Of a DNA stretch of 64,000 bases, positions 1-12,951 are shown in pieces. Source of the DNA: Piromyces finnis finn (lineage: Eukaryota > Fungi > Neocallimastigomycota); assembly GCA_002104945.1 (NCBI GenBank), contig MCFH01000072.1:124001-188000 (forward strand), written 5' to 3'. The notes beneath the pieces are model-generated. The model saw nothing but the letters and a program-made list of their open reading frames with translations. It did no database searches and was not told the origin of the DNA. Numbering within the stretch: position 1 is the stretch's first letter; every line of letters starts with the position of its first letter. Position numbers and translations under genes: made by a program.

Positions 1-3000
1 AATTAATTGGAAGAGAAAAAGAAATATCAATAATAAAGAGAGAATTAATTGAATATGATAGAAACGGCAATAATAAAACAATTATTGTGGAAGGTGATGA
101 AGGTTTGGGGTTAATTCCTTTGGAAGATAAATTAATATATGAATCAAAAAAATTAAAATTTAATATATGGTAATATTTAATATTATATATATATTTTAAC
201 ATATATATTTATACTTATTTTTATTTATATTATAATAAAATAAAAATAAACCATTTTTATTAAATAATAATAATATAATTAAAATAAAAAATGAATATAT
301 AAAAAAAGTTTTGGATTTTCAAGAAAGAAAGATAAAGCCACTCCGTATTCTACATATTATCAAGTAATTCTTGGATTGTTTAGATTAATTAAAAAAATAA
401 GTTCAATTAAACCTATTATGGAAAATTTAAAATCGGATAATTATCAATCAACAACAGATGATATACAGGTATATACATTTGAAAGTGCAAGAATGTCGGA
501 TGAACTAATTAATTCAAAATATAAAAGTCTTCGTATAGAGGATACAATGTATTACTCAGGGAGTTTGAGTAGTACAAATAGTAATCAAAGTAATTTAGTG
601 CCCTCGAATTCAGATATAATAAATACACCTGTGAGTATGTTAAATAATCAAACTATTAATCAATTATTATATAAACATGAATTATATAGTGAAAATGATG
701 GTGAAATGGTGATGACGAAATCAAAATCCTTTGATAATAAATCATCAGGGTCTAATATTGATATAAAAGAACTACGATCGAATAGTAGAAGTGATCAAAG
801 TTATAGTGAAAATAATGGATTACTTGGTTTAGAAAAAGATATAATTGATGGTTTACTTTATCTTGGTGAAAATATAGAATTAGCACCATTACTCTCAATA
901 GCCATACCTGAAACAAATTTTCCTATAGGAGAATCATTGAAAAAGATTAATAATCAAACAAAGATTAATGAATTAAATAATTTAATTATTAGAATATTAA
1001 TAAAAGTATCTTATAGAGTTCCATTAGTAATTATTATTGATCATTTACAATGGTCGGATCCATTATCATGGAAATTAACAGAACTTATTTTCCAACAAAA
1101 ACCAAAACTATTATTTTGTTTATTTAGTTTTCCGGATTCTAGCTATTCATCTAAAGAAAAAGGTGTTCAAATATTTCAAAAAATGAAAAATTCTAATTCA
1201 CGAAAAATAATTCTTAACGGAGTATCGGAAGATGCTACATGCGAAATTATAAAGCGTCTATGTACTGCAAAATTCAATACACCGTGTAATGGAGTATCAA
1301 CGAAAATTTTAAATATTATATATCAAAAAACACAAGGTAAAATTTAAAAATAAAAACAACTGATACTTATATTACAAAAAATTATTAATGTAATTTATTA
1401 ACATATAATAGGTATACCAATGTTTGTGAGAAGAATGGTAACATGGATGTTAGATGAAGGAAAAGCATGTAAATTGGATAATTTGGGTTATCTAACTGTA
1501 CTTACTGATGATCTTGAAGAAATTATACCCGGTGGAGATCTTGAGAGTATTATTATTACCCAATTTGATAGATTACAAAATAATATGCAATCATTTCTTC
1601 GAGTAGCATCTGTTATTGGACAACAATTCTATGTATTTGATATAATGCAGTATTTATATTCAGTGTATAAGAAAAATCTTAATCAATTACAAGAAATTAA
1701 ATATCTTGACATTGATAAATTAGATAAATATAATTTTTTAAAGAAGGTAGATTCACCAAATGAAAGTAGTTGGCTATTTGATTGTTATATGTTCATTAGT
1801 TCAAATGTTCAAAAATCTATCTATAAAATGATGACATTTGATCAAAGAACAAAAATTCATTCATTTCTTGCTCATTATTATGAACAACAATATTTAGATT
1901 GTCCTGATAAAAAAAATCTCTTAGTAATTGTATATGAACATTTTTCACATACTAATAAAAGGAAAAAGACCAGAAAATACCTTGAATTAGTATGTAAATA
2001 TTTCTATCAAATCCGTTCAATGCATGAAACAATCAAATATTATAAATTATTATTTAAAATGTTTAATGACGAAGAGAGTACATTAATTATAGAAGTTGGT
2101 AATAGAACATTAAGTCAATGGCATAGGGAATTAGGAGATGCATATCTTCAAATAATGATGTATAAAGAGGCGGAAAAACATATTAGTATAGCATTAGAAT
2201 TAATGAAAATTAGTTTACCAAAAAGTAATATCACCATTAAAATAAAAGAAAAAATATACAATTCAAAACATAAGTTATTAATAAAAAATGACTTTAAAAA
2301 CGAAATTGATAATAAAAATAAAGAAAGAAACGAAGCCATTAGAAATTGTTTATTAGGACTAAGTGAAATATATAATGAGCAACATATTACCAAATATTTT
2401 TTAATGACAGTAAAATTGGGTATTTTATATTCTGTAAAACTTTATCCAGATCCTCAATTTGCACAGATGTTAACAATGTATGGTTTAAATCTATTAATAC
2501 AGGCTAAAAATGATATGCAATATGATTTAAGTTGGGTTTATCTATTAAAAGCAGAAGAAGTTATTTTTAATCAAAATGAAAATACTATTAATCATTTAAT
2601 TACGTATGATAATTTAGGCTTGGCTAATTTTATTGTTGGAAAATGGAATATTGCTGCTAGAAAATTTGATAGTCTAGTAAAATTAGGTTATGATTTAAAT
2701 GAACGTAGTTATATATATAAAGGTAATCAATAAAAAAAAATAAAATTAATTATTAGATATTTTAATATTAGTTTTTTTTTTATTAAATATAAAATATTTA
2801 ACAATTTTCTTCTTATGATTATATTGAAAAAATATTAAATCAAATATTATAGGTTTGACCTTAAGATCATTTATGGAATTTCATAGAGGTAATTTTAAAG
2901 CTAGTTCTAAGTTTGCTCAGGAATTATATTATAAGGGTATTGAAAGAAACAATTGGAAAAATAAATGCCTATCAACATCATTAATATATTTAAATTATTT

Positions 3001-4000
3001 AACCATAGATGATGAAGATGATATGTCATTAATTTTGAATATCATTAAATTAATTGATCAATTAGGAGATAAACCAGAAACAGTGAATTATACAATCCAA
3101 CTTTTATTTTATTCATTAATTGCAGATATAAAATTTAGATTGCATATTGATATTTTAAGTAATTTTTGGTTTTCAATGAAGAAATGTATTAATATATTAA
3201 ATAAATTAAATCGATCAAGTTGGGTTATTTTACTTTGCTTTAGTCACTTTATTGAAATGCTTTATCACTGTTATGAAGAAAATATTTTTCATAATGGTGG
3301 TGAACAAAGCAAAATATGTATTAATATATTGAATTCAATAATTGATATATTAGAGAATCATTTTCAATCTTATCTATTATCTATACCATTCTTGGCCCTT
3401 TGTCATGGTTTAAAAAATCTTATCCTTGGTAAAATGTTAGATGCAATAAAATCATGGAAAAAGGGCATTATAGTAGGTGGTACAGAACGTAATTTAACTG
3501 GAATGCCTTATTTAAATAGTCTTATTTATTCCAAGTTAGTTCAATATTCATCTGATTCTATAGATACTGAAAAATATAAAAATTTATTTATACAAATAAA
3601 GCAAAAACACAATATATCAATAGAATATCCAGAACCATTAACACCGGAACAAATAAAGAAACCAGTAATGTTAAAAAATAACAATGCTAACAATGAAAAT
3701 CTAATATCCAAATTTATAAAATTTAGAACTATTATTGGTAATATGGATAATAAAAATGATTTATCAACTGCACAAATTGCTTCAATAGACACAAGAGGAT
3801 CATCAACATATCAAATCGAGGAAATTATTCATCATGGATTATCAAATAATAATAAAGCAAGTTTAATTGAAAATTCTGTCAATAAAGGAATACCAAATAA
3901 ACCCTCACAAATATTAACAAATCAATCAACACAAGTTTCAATAGCTCAACAAAAAAGCTTTTACACACCAAAATATAGAACATCATATATATTAAAATAG
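1..4000 (+). CDS. Soluble adenylyl cyclase (ADCY10)-like STAND/AAA_16 NTPase + TPR-like helical protein, 5' partial (any cyclase domains would lie upstream of the window)
   Basis: Frame-consistent exons <1-169, 309-1336, 1412-2722, 2853-4000 with GT-AG introns. Motifs: LIGREKE (AAA_16 start), GDEGLGL (Walker A position), IIIDHLQWSD (Walker B position), KTQGIPMF (GNP(L/F)F-like), LRVASVIGQQF, and HSFLAHYYE followed by helical repeats. This is the layout of the sAC C-terminal region. Confidence 0.75.
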
Positions 4001-4686
4001 TTATACTTTTTGTTAAATTTATCATATAATTACAAATAAAAAAATATAAACAATTCAATTATATATAATATTTAAATTAATATAAATACTTAACAAGTAT
4101 TATATAAATATATTATATAAAAAACATTACAATTTTTAAAATTATTTCAAATAATTAATGATAATTATAATAAATTGTAATTATATAAACAAAATGAATT
4201 TATTTTCATTTTATATATATATATAAAAGAAATAATAATAAAAAAGCAAATATCATGAAAACAATATACGATAATAATCCATTTTTCTTTTTAAATATAA
4301 ACAAAAATTATATATGAAAAGTTACAATTATCAGTAATCTATTATTTATATTCATTATTGTAAAAGTATTTAATAAATGCTATTTATAATATAAAACATT
4401 AAATTTCATTCTTCATTTATATAAAATTTTAGTAAAAAATATAAATAAATAAATAAATTATTAAAAGATTAAAAATTTGTTTAAAATTCTTAATTAAAAT
4501 AATAGTATATTTTCTTTGAAATATTAATTATTATATAGTTAAAAAATATTTACAAAAGTTTTTCTATAATTTTATACATCATTTCGTTTATTTATTTATT
4601 TAATATAATAGAATTTCATAACTTGCTTTCATGAGTTTTTTATATATATAAAAATAAGAAATGATTTGCATTTCTTTGAATAATAA

Positions 4687-6402
4687 TTATAAATAATAAA
4701 TTAATATTAATAATATATATGCTATTATAATTATATAATTATTCAATCTATTGGATGTTGATGAATCCTCGGCTATAGAATTGTTATTAATATTTTTATT
4801 GTTAAAGCATATATCATTATCTATACGACATGACTTTTTTTTATTAATATAATTAATAATAATTGAAGATGTTAATAAAATAATAATATTTATAATACAA
4901 AAAACTTTATATTTTTATGTACTAACCTCACTATTTTCCCATCCCCATAATGATATACCATCAGATCCAGTTGCAGTTATAATACATTCTTTACAAATTG
5001 GGAATCCTTGCTTTGTTTCTTCTATTTTATAATCAAGTGATTGAGTTGCAAATGATGGCAAATCAGATTGAGTAATGGAGTAAACATTATTATAAATATG
5101 ACTTATGAATTCTGGTGTATTATATATATTATTGGAATTATTCAATATATAATAGTCATTCCAAGTACAAAAAAAACTCCACATTTTTTTTTCTTTTAAA
5201 CAAGAAAGAATATCAGGAATGCTACCATTTTCTGATATTGCAATAATTTTCTTTTCTCTAACTTGTTTATATAATTTATCATATTTATCACCAAAAGATC
5301 CATGATTATTATTATAAATATCATCACTAATTATATCAACATATTCATCACCTGGATACCATTCTCCAGTACCACCACTCCAACACCAAATTAAGTTATT
5401 TAATTGATGATACTCGGTGAATCTTTTATACATTATCTTGGTTAAAAAAAAATTAATATTGTGTTATATTAAAATAACTTTTTTATAATTTTTTTTATTA
5501 AATAATAATATTTTATAATATATAATTTAGAAAGTATACTTTATATAATTCTATGCATGGTTGAGAACCTTTAGCACCCCACCAAAACCAACCACCATAT
5601 GCTTCATGTAATGGTCTCCAAATTATTGGAATATCTTTTTCTTTTATTATTTTTAATTGTGATGCAATATAATCTATATCTGATATAATACTATTATATT
5701 CTTTTGTTCCTTCTATCACAGCTTTAGATATATCAAATGTTGTTTTTTTTGTATAAAAGTCAACAATATTATTATCTCCACTTTTATTCCAATGCCATTG
5801 AATATGCATAATTCCTTTTCCTTCATATTTTTTCCACCATGATAAAATCATTTCAGCAACACTTTTATCAGGTTTCCATGGAGATTCTGGAGATTCAAAC
5901 TAAATTTTATATTTTTTATTAAAAAGTTCAGTAATGTATTAATAATTGTAATTTTGAAAAAAATAAAAATTAAATTAAAATATTTTACAATAAAATCGGC
6001 ATTAAATATTGCTGGTGTTTTACCAGTTATTTTTTGAATATATTCTATTTCTTCAGTTTCAATATATCCTGCTTGACCAATTTGACCAGTAATAATTCTA
6101 TATTATAGTTATTAAAATGCATTATTCATTCTGACAACTCTTTATACTATTTTTTATATAAAAATATTACTTTTTTCCATAATTTTCTATAAGATAATTA
6201 TATAATAATTTTGCTGAAGGGGAAGCATTCTTATTTGTTAAATTATCATATGCATCAGCAAAGTACACTAACGTTATAAAAATATAACAAAATTGTATTT
6301 TTATATATTACGTTTAAGTTATAATACTTTAATATATATATTAATATATAATATTTACTAACACAATATTGTTCCAACCCAATAGTAAAAATAAATCTTC
6401 AT
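4687..6402 (-). CDS. Secreted GH26 beta-mannanase with one C-terminal dockerin/CBM10-like module and a hydrophobic GPI-signal-like tail (about 420 aa, 6 exons)
   Basis: Exons 6402-6363, 6267-6171, 6097-5989, 5899-5540, 5436-4927, 4833-4687 sum to 1263 nt in frame. Signal peptide MKIYFYYWVGTILLYFADA. GH26 acid/base motif WRPLHEAYGGWFWWG, NNLIWCW, WYPGDEYVDI and nucleophile IAISENGSIP. Module GFPICKECIITATGSDGISLWGWENSESCRI. Tail SSTSNRLNNYIIIIAYILLILIYYL*. Confidence 0.9.
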
Positions 6403-6929
6403 TTTTTTTATTTTTTTATTTTTAATTATCTTTTCTATTATTGTATTTTATAAGTTTTACATTATAAAAGTCTTATTATGAAGATTGATATTATATTTAT
6501 TTATGTATATAAATAATCATCATTAAAATGTTTAAAAATATTTTTGCAATTATCAATATGTATAATTTCATTTATAATAATTTATTTAAATATTAATTTT
6601 AATTTGTATCTAAATTACTTTAAATTTTATTATGTAAAATTCATTAATTTTATTATTATTTGTTTTTTAATAGTTAGTTTGATATATTTTAAAGTTTAAT
6701 GATCCTCATTTAATTTAGTAATAATTTGAATGTTAATTTGTAATGTTACACGAATAATACTATAATAAATAAAGTTTATGTTATTAATTTATATTTTTTT
6801 ATAAACAATAGTTTTATATTAAAATTATATTAAATCATTATTGAATAATATGGATTACTTTCAATGTCAATTTTTGACATATGGAAAGTAATCAACAAAA
6901 AAAAGCATTAACACCACAACATCAACATC

Positions 6930-7064
<135 letters not shown>

Positions 7065-7961
7065 TAATAGATTTATAACAAAATGTCATAGATATTGTCA
7101 ATATTTAATAAACATTAAGTATTAATTATTATTTACAATTTTTAAATAATCCATATAATATTAAAAATAATATATATTATTTTTAAATAGAAGAAATACA
7201 ACATTAAAAAGTTATTATAAAATTTAGAGTATCGATTTTTTTTTTCTAATAGGAAAAACTAAATTATTTGCATATAGTTTTGTCATTTAGTAATTTCGTA
7301 TGATTCTTAAATATATAGGTATACATAGGTGTTGAAATAGTTTTTCTTTTCATTATATTCATTTAATGAAATTGTAATCTAAATTCATTTTTTAATTAAT
7401 TGTGTTGAATCCTTCATCTTGTACATATTTTCTTTTAATATTAAAATATGTATCAAAATATTGTATCAAAGTATTAAAAAAAAATTCCACACATTTTTTA
7501 TTAAATTTTCGGAATATTATATAATATAAATCGACGTACTTTCTGTATGGTGATATGGAGTATTTTTGATATTATTTTCACATGCAGTTAAATATGATTA
7601 ATGAGTATTAATATACTATAACAAAACAATATTACTTATTATAAATAATAAACTAGATTCAATATAACATTAAGTATTAATTATTATTTTATAAGAAAGC
7701 ATAAAAAATGCATATATTAAAAAATTATTTTTTTTTTCATTCTTATTCAATGTGCCAATATTAAAATTTTTTTTTTATTAAAGGCTTTTTTTTTAATATG
7801 TCGAAAATAATTTCATTTTTTTAATACATATTTAATGTAATGTAACGTAGTAATGAAAAAAAAATTTAATAAAAAAAATTAAAAAATTATTTATTTAAAG
7901 ATATAAAATATATATATATAAAAAAAAAAAAAAAAAAGTTATAATAGTATATAAAACAAAA

Positions 7962-9432
7962 ATGAATACAGATATGGAATGGTCATCTGAATTTCTATTC
8001 AGTGACTATAGTATGTATACGAATGGTGCACCATCATTATTAATATTAAATTATGTTTTACCAAGAAAAGAATATATAGAAAGACTCTGGAAAAAAGGTA
8101 TAATTAAAATTATGAATAAAGAGAAATTAAATATACTAATATATAATTTTTATAATTTGTATTTATAATCTTGTTTCTTAATAATATTATACCTTAATTT
8201 AAAATTAAATTAATATAAATCTAGCCAAATTGAAGTTAAGTGTAGATGGTGGTACTAACCGTTTATATAATCTTTTCAGTGACCCCGTTGAAAGAGAAAA
8301 GTAATTATTACTTTATACTTTTTAATATTTTTACAAAGAATATACTTTTATAAACGAAAAATTAACAATATATATTGTTTTTTTTTAATAGGTACATTCC
8401 AGATTACATTTGTGGAGATTTAGATTCAGTAAAGCCCGAGATTTTAAATTATTATTTATCAAGAGGTTCTAAAAAGAAGTTTCTTTATGACCAAGATTAT
8501 ACCGATTTTCAAAAATCATTAATGTTTTTAAATTCTTTAGAAGGTGATGAAGCTTTTGTTAAGGTACATAATATTCAAAATAATATTTCTTTAATAAATG
8601 TATTTAAATGTCATTTAAACAATTCCAATATACAAAACATAATAAACAATGGTCAAAAAATTACATTTAATTTTAAAATGTTTTATTTATTAATATTTAT
8701 TTATTTCAACAATTATTATAACAAAAGAATGATCTCTATGTCTTAGGATCTCTTAATGGTAGATTTGATCAAACTATTTCAAATATTTCAACATTATACA
8801 AAGTACCTAAGGAAAAACATGTATATCTAATATCAAATGAAAGTGTAGTATTTTTATTAAATAGGGTAATTATCAAAAAATAATATATTTATATATTTTC
8901 AAAATATTTAAAATAAAATTTAATTAATTTATAAAAATAAATTTTGAAAATTAAGGGAAATCACAAAATCTATTGTTTCCCAAAATATGAAGGTCCAACA
9001 TGTGGTTTATTACCAGTTGGTGTAGATGAAGCTAATGTTATGACCTTGGGGCTTAAGTGGAATTTAGGTATTTTTAAATTAAATAATACATATTTCTTTA
9101 ATTTAAAATTCAAAATATTTTTATAATTATTTAAGCAAATCATAAAAAAAAAAAAAAAAACTCTTTCATATTAATAAAAATTAATTAATATTCTATTAAA
9201 GACGGTTCATTCCCATTATCCTTTAAAACTATCGTTAGTAGTTCAAATGCTTTTGAACATCCTGAACAAGAAATTAATGAAGTTGTTGTTCATACGGTAC
9301 TTTTAAATATATATATATTGTATAAATTAATATATTACATTATCTCTATTGTACTAATGTTTGATTCATATTTAATATATATAGGATCAACCATTATATT
9401 GGTCTGTTGAATGTGATTTAAATGAAAAGTAA
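7962..9432 (+). CDS. THI80: Thiamine pyrophosphokinase
   Basis: Spliced motifs LLILN, VDGGTNRLY, PDYICGDLDSV, DQDYTDFQKSL, VLGSLNGRFDQT, EGPTCGLLPVG, TLGLKWNL, VSSSN and DQPLYWS. About 7 exons; stop at 9430-9432. Confidence 0.95.
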
Positions 9433-9846
9433 AAATGTTAATATTTAAAAAAGAAAGAAACAAACCAATTTAAATATCAATGTATATTTAAAAATAAGAA
9501 TAATAATATGCTTTCCTTTTTTTTTTTTTTTTATTATCATACAAAATTTTTTAAATATTTAATACCAAATAACACATTATAATTGATAATATTTATTTCA
9601 ATTAGATAATAATAATAATAATAATAAAAAAAAAAGATAGATAAATAAAAACAAAAACTAAAATGACATAAATTAAAGAAAAAGAAAATTATAATAAAAA
9701 TAAAATAAAAATATAAAATAATAATTTCCTTTTATTATATAATATATATAATTATTTATTTACATAAGTAATTGATAATTTCTACAATAATAAATTATTT
9801 AATTGAAAAAAATAAAAGATTTAATATAAAATTAATTATTTTAAAT

Positions 9847-9963
9847 TTAATCTTCTAACTTTCGTTTTCTCTTTTCTTGTTTTTGATTTGAAAGATGTTC
9901 CTATATTATTTGTTTAAATTATTATAAAGAAAAAAGGTGATGTTAAAAATATGTATTTTTTTC

Positions 9964-9995
<32 letters not shown>

Positions 9996-12600
9996 AAAAG
10001 TATAAATTATAGTATAGATTATAATAAATAAAAAAAAATTATTAATTTATATTGAATAAAAAATAAAATACCTCAAGTAATGATTTTCTTGGTTTTTCTT
10101 TTGATACATCAATAATTGAATTGTTCTTTGCTTCTATACCTGCGGAACCAGTACAGTAAGAATTTTTAATAAAGGAATGACAACATTTGTAACCCCATTT
10201 ACCATTTTCCCAGTAAGAACCCCATACACTTGTGTGGTTATTGATATATACTACAATAAAGAATAAAAAGAATATAAAAAATTTTTATGAATTAAATTTT
10301 TTTTTTTTTTTTTTTTTTTACTGAATTATTCAAATTTTATAATAAAATTAAATTACCTTCTTCTTCGTATTTAGATTTAACTTTAGCCTTTTCCTGACCT
10401 TTAATTACTCTACCAGTTCTTGAATATTCTACATAGTTTTCTGTTTGAGCATAAAGAATTTCTTTTGATGGTATATTCAAGTGACTTGCACCACCATACT
10501 TTTCCAAAATCTTTTGTTGACTGTCATCCTTTAATTTCAATTTCTTTTCTGAAACTTCCTTGAATAATAATTCTCCTTGAGTTGGATTTGCCTATTTAAA
10601 TAAATATAAATATTAGTTTAATTTAAATATATATAATACAGATATATTATGTTATTTTTATTTATAAAAATTTATATCCACTTACAATAATATTAATATC
10701 AGATCCTTGTTCAGCAGCCTTAAATGCAAATGATTGTAGTTCACTAACCTTTCTAGCTTCAGCTGAATAACGTAAATAGTTATCACCAGCATAGTCCAAC
10801 TTTAAAAAAAAAATTTTTTTTTTTTAATAATTTTATTATTATTAATAAAATTTATATTAATATATTATTAAGTTTTATAATATATGTATATGAATAATAT
10901 AGTTACCTCTTCTGGATTCTTATCTTTATTTGGATTATCACGCATAGAACGAGTCTTTGGATCATAAAAGGCTGAATTTGGATCTAAGTTTCTTAAATAC
11001 TTAGCTGTATCTTCACGAATACTAGTAATATAAAAATAAAAATATAATATTTTATATTAGTAGAAATAAAAGTATATATCACATTTCCATCATATTAATT
11101 TATTAAATATGATATATATTTTAATTATCGTTATTATTATTTATCATCTATTATATTTTAATTACCGTAAGTTACGAACAGTGGTTCTTGTTTTTGTATC
11201 AACCTTTTGACCTGGCATATCTGAGGCTTCAGCATATTTATCTTCATCTGAATCTGAGTCATTACCTTTTATATCATCGATTAAACCATTCTTCATCTTT
11301 TCTTCTAATTCTTTTTCTTTTCTCTTTTGTCTTTCCTTATCAATTAATTCCCATTCTTATTATCATGAAATGATATTTAATATTAATTACAAAATACTCA
11401 TACAAATTGAAGTCTAATGTTTATTAATACCTTTTACTTGTTTCATATATTCATTTGGATCATAACCATTCCATTGATCTCTTTTACCATCATATGTAAA
11501 TTCTATTTCTTCAATTACTTCATCTGGCTATAAATTCCAAAAAGAATAATTTAAAATTTATTTTTAAATAATCAATAACATTTCACACCAATTATTCTAA
11601 ATTTTAATGTATAATAATATATATCGTATATATACTTTTAAATTAAACTACTAACCATAATATCTTTTCCTGTATATTTTGCACCCTTTTTTCGAGGACG
11701 CTCCACACAATCCTTTGCCTTATGTGTCATAGCTCCACAATTCTCACATGCCCCTTTTCTATATTTTGTTGCTGCTTTACCCTTATATATATTAAATTCA
11801 AAGTATATTAAGTAATGATTTATTAAATTCTAACTATTTTATAAAATCAAATTTTTATTAATTTAAAATTTTAAAATTTGATTTCAATGAAATTTGAAAT
11901 TAATTTCATCTAGTAATATACATATATAAAAAGCTTTGTTTAATAACCTTTTTTGCACCTCTCTGATACCATTTTTCTTCTACTTTTTCAGTTTTTCTTA
12001 AACGTTGATGAGCTAAAGTTCTTTTACCAGTATCCAAGTACCCTATTCATAGATTTGTTAATTTTTTGATTTTGAAAATTATTTAATTTTATGAAAATTT
12101 TTATTAATAAAAAAAAAAATTCAAATAATATCTTTTTTATCGAATAAATATAGGCTAATTTATTATTTATAACAATAAAAAAATAATATTTATGTTATTA
12201 ATAATTACATGGTATCGTTGACATATATTGTGGAATATGTGGATTGATATCCTTTCCAGTTAATTCATCAATTTCGGCTGGTGCTGTACCACTAGATTCA
12301 ACATGAAATTTATTATATAAATTTAAATTTTCGAAATGAAAGTATATTTTTTATTATCATCATTATTATATTTTTAAGGTGGATTATATAATAAAAAGTT
12401 TATATAAAGTGTTAATTAATGTGCAAAATGTCATTTTTAATTTTTAAAATCCAGATTTTTAATAAATTGTAATTTATAAATTTCACTCTCTAGCTTTTAA
12501 AAAATATATCTATTTATTTTAATTACGCCTTTCTGGCTGCTTCAAGATCTTTTTGTTTTCTAAATTCTTCTTTAGTTAATTTTGCATTTGATGTTGCCAT
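9847..12600 (-). CDS. SLU7: Pre-mRNA splicing factor Slu7
   Basis: About 11 exons. [16 protein letters not shown], zinc knuckle [94 protein letters not shown] and WGYKCCHS. Confidence 0.96.
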
Positions 12601-12951
12601 AATGTAAAGTTTATAGATATTTATTAAAAGAAAATTATAATTAATAAATTATTTTTTTTTTTATTTTAATTATACTCATCAGTATGATTTACACATGATA
12701 AAATAATAGTTTTAATAAAATTTTACATTAATTTAACACATAAATTGTAAAATAAAAACAAAAAAAAAAAAAGATAAATTTTGAAAGATTTATTTTATAA
12801 TGACTTTTTTTTTATTTTAATTATTATTTCTAAAGTTATCAATTAATTATTATTTAATTTAATTAATGATATAATTTTTCTATAGTTTTTGTTTGCTATT
12901 ATTACTACCATTATTATTTAATAGAATATATTGTTTTTTTATTTTCACTTT

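Noticed and set aside
2148-3792. Antisense ORFs 2148-2393 and 3541-3792, and similar ones opposite GrpE, formin, FtsX permease and CFAP74
   Set aside because: They are typical reverse-strand shadows of AT-rich coding sequence and carry no motifs.
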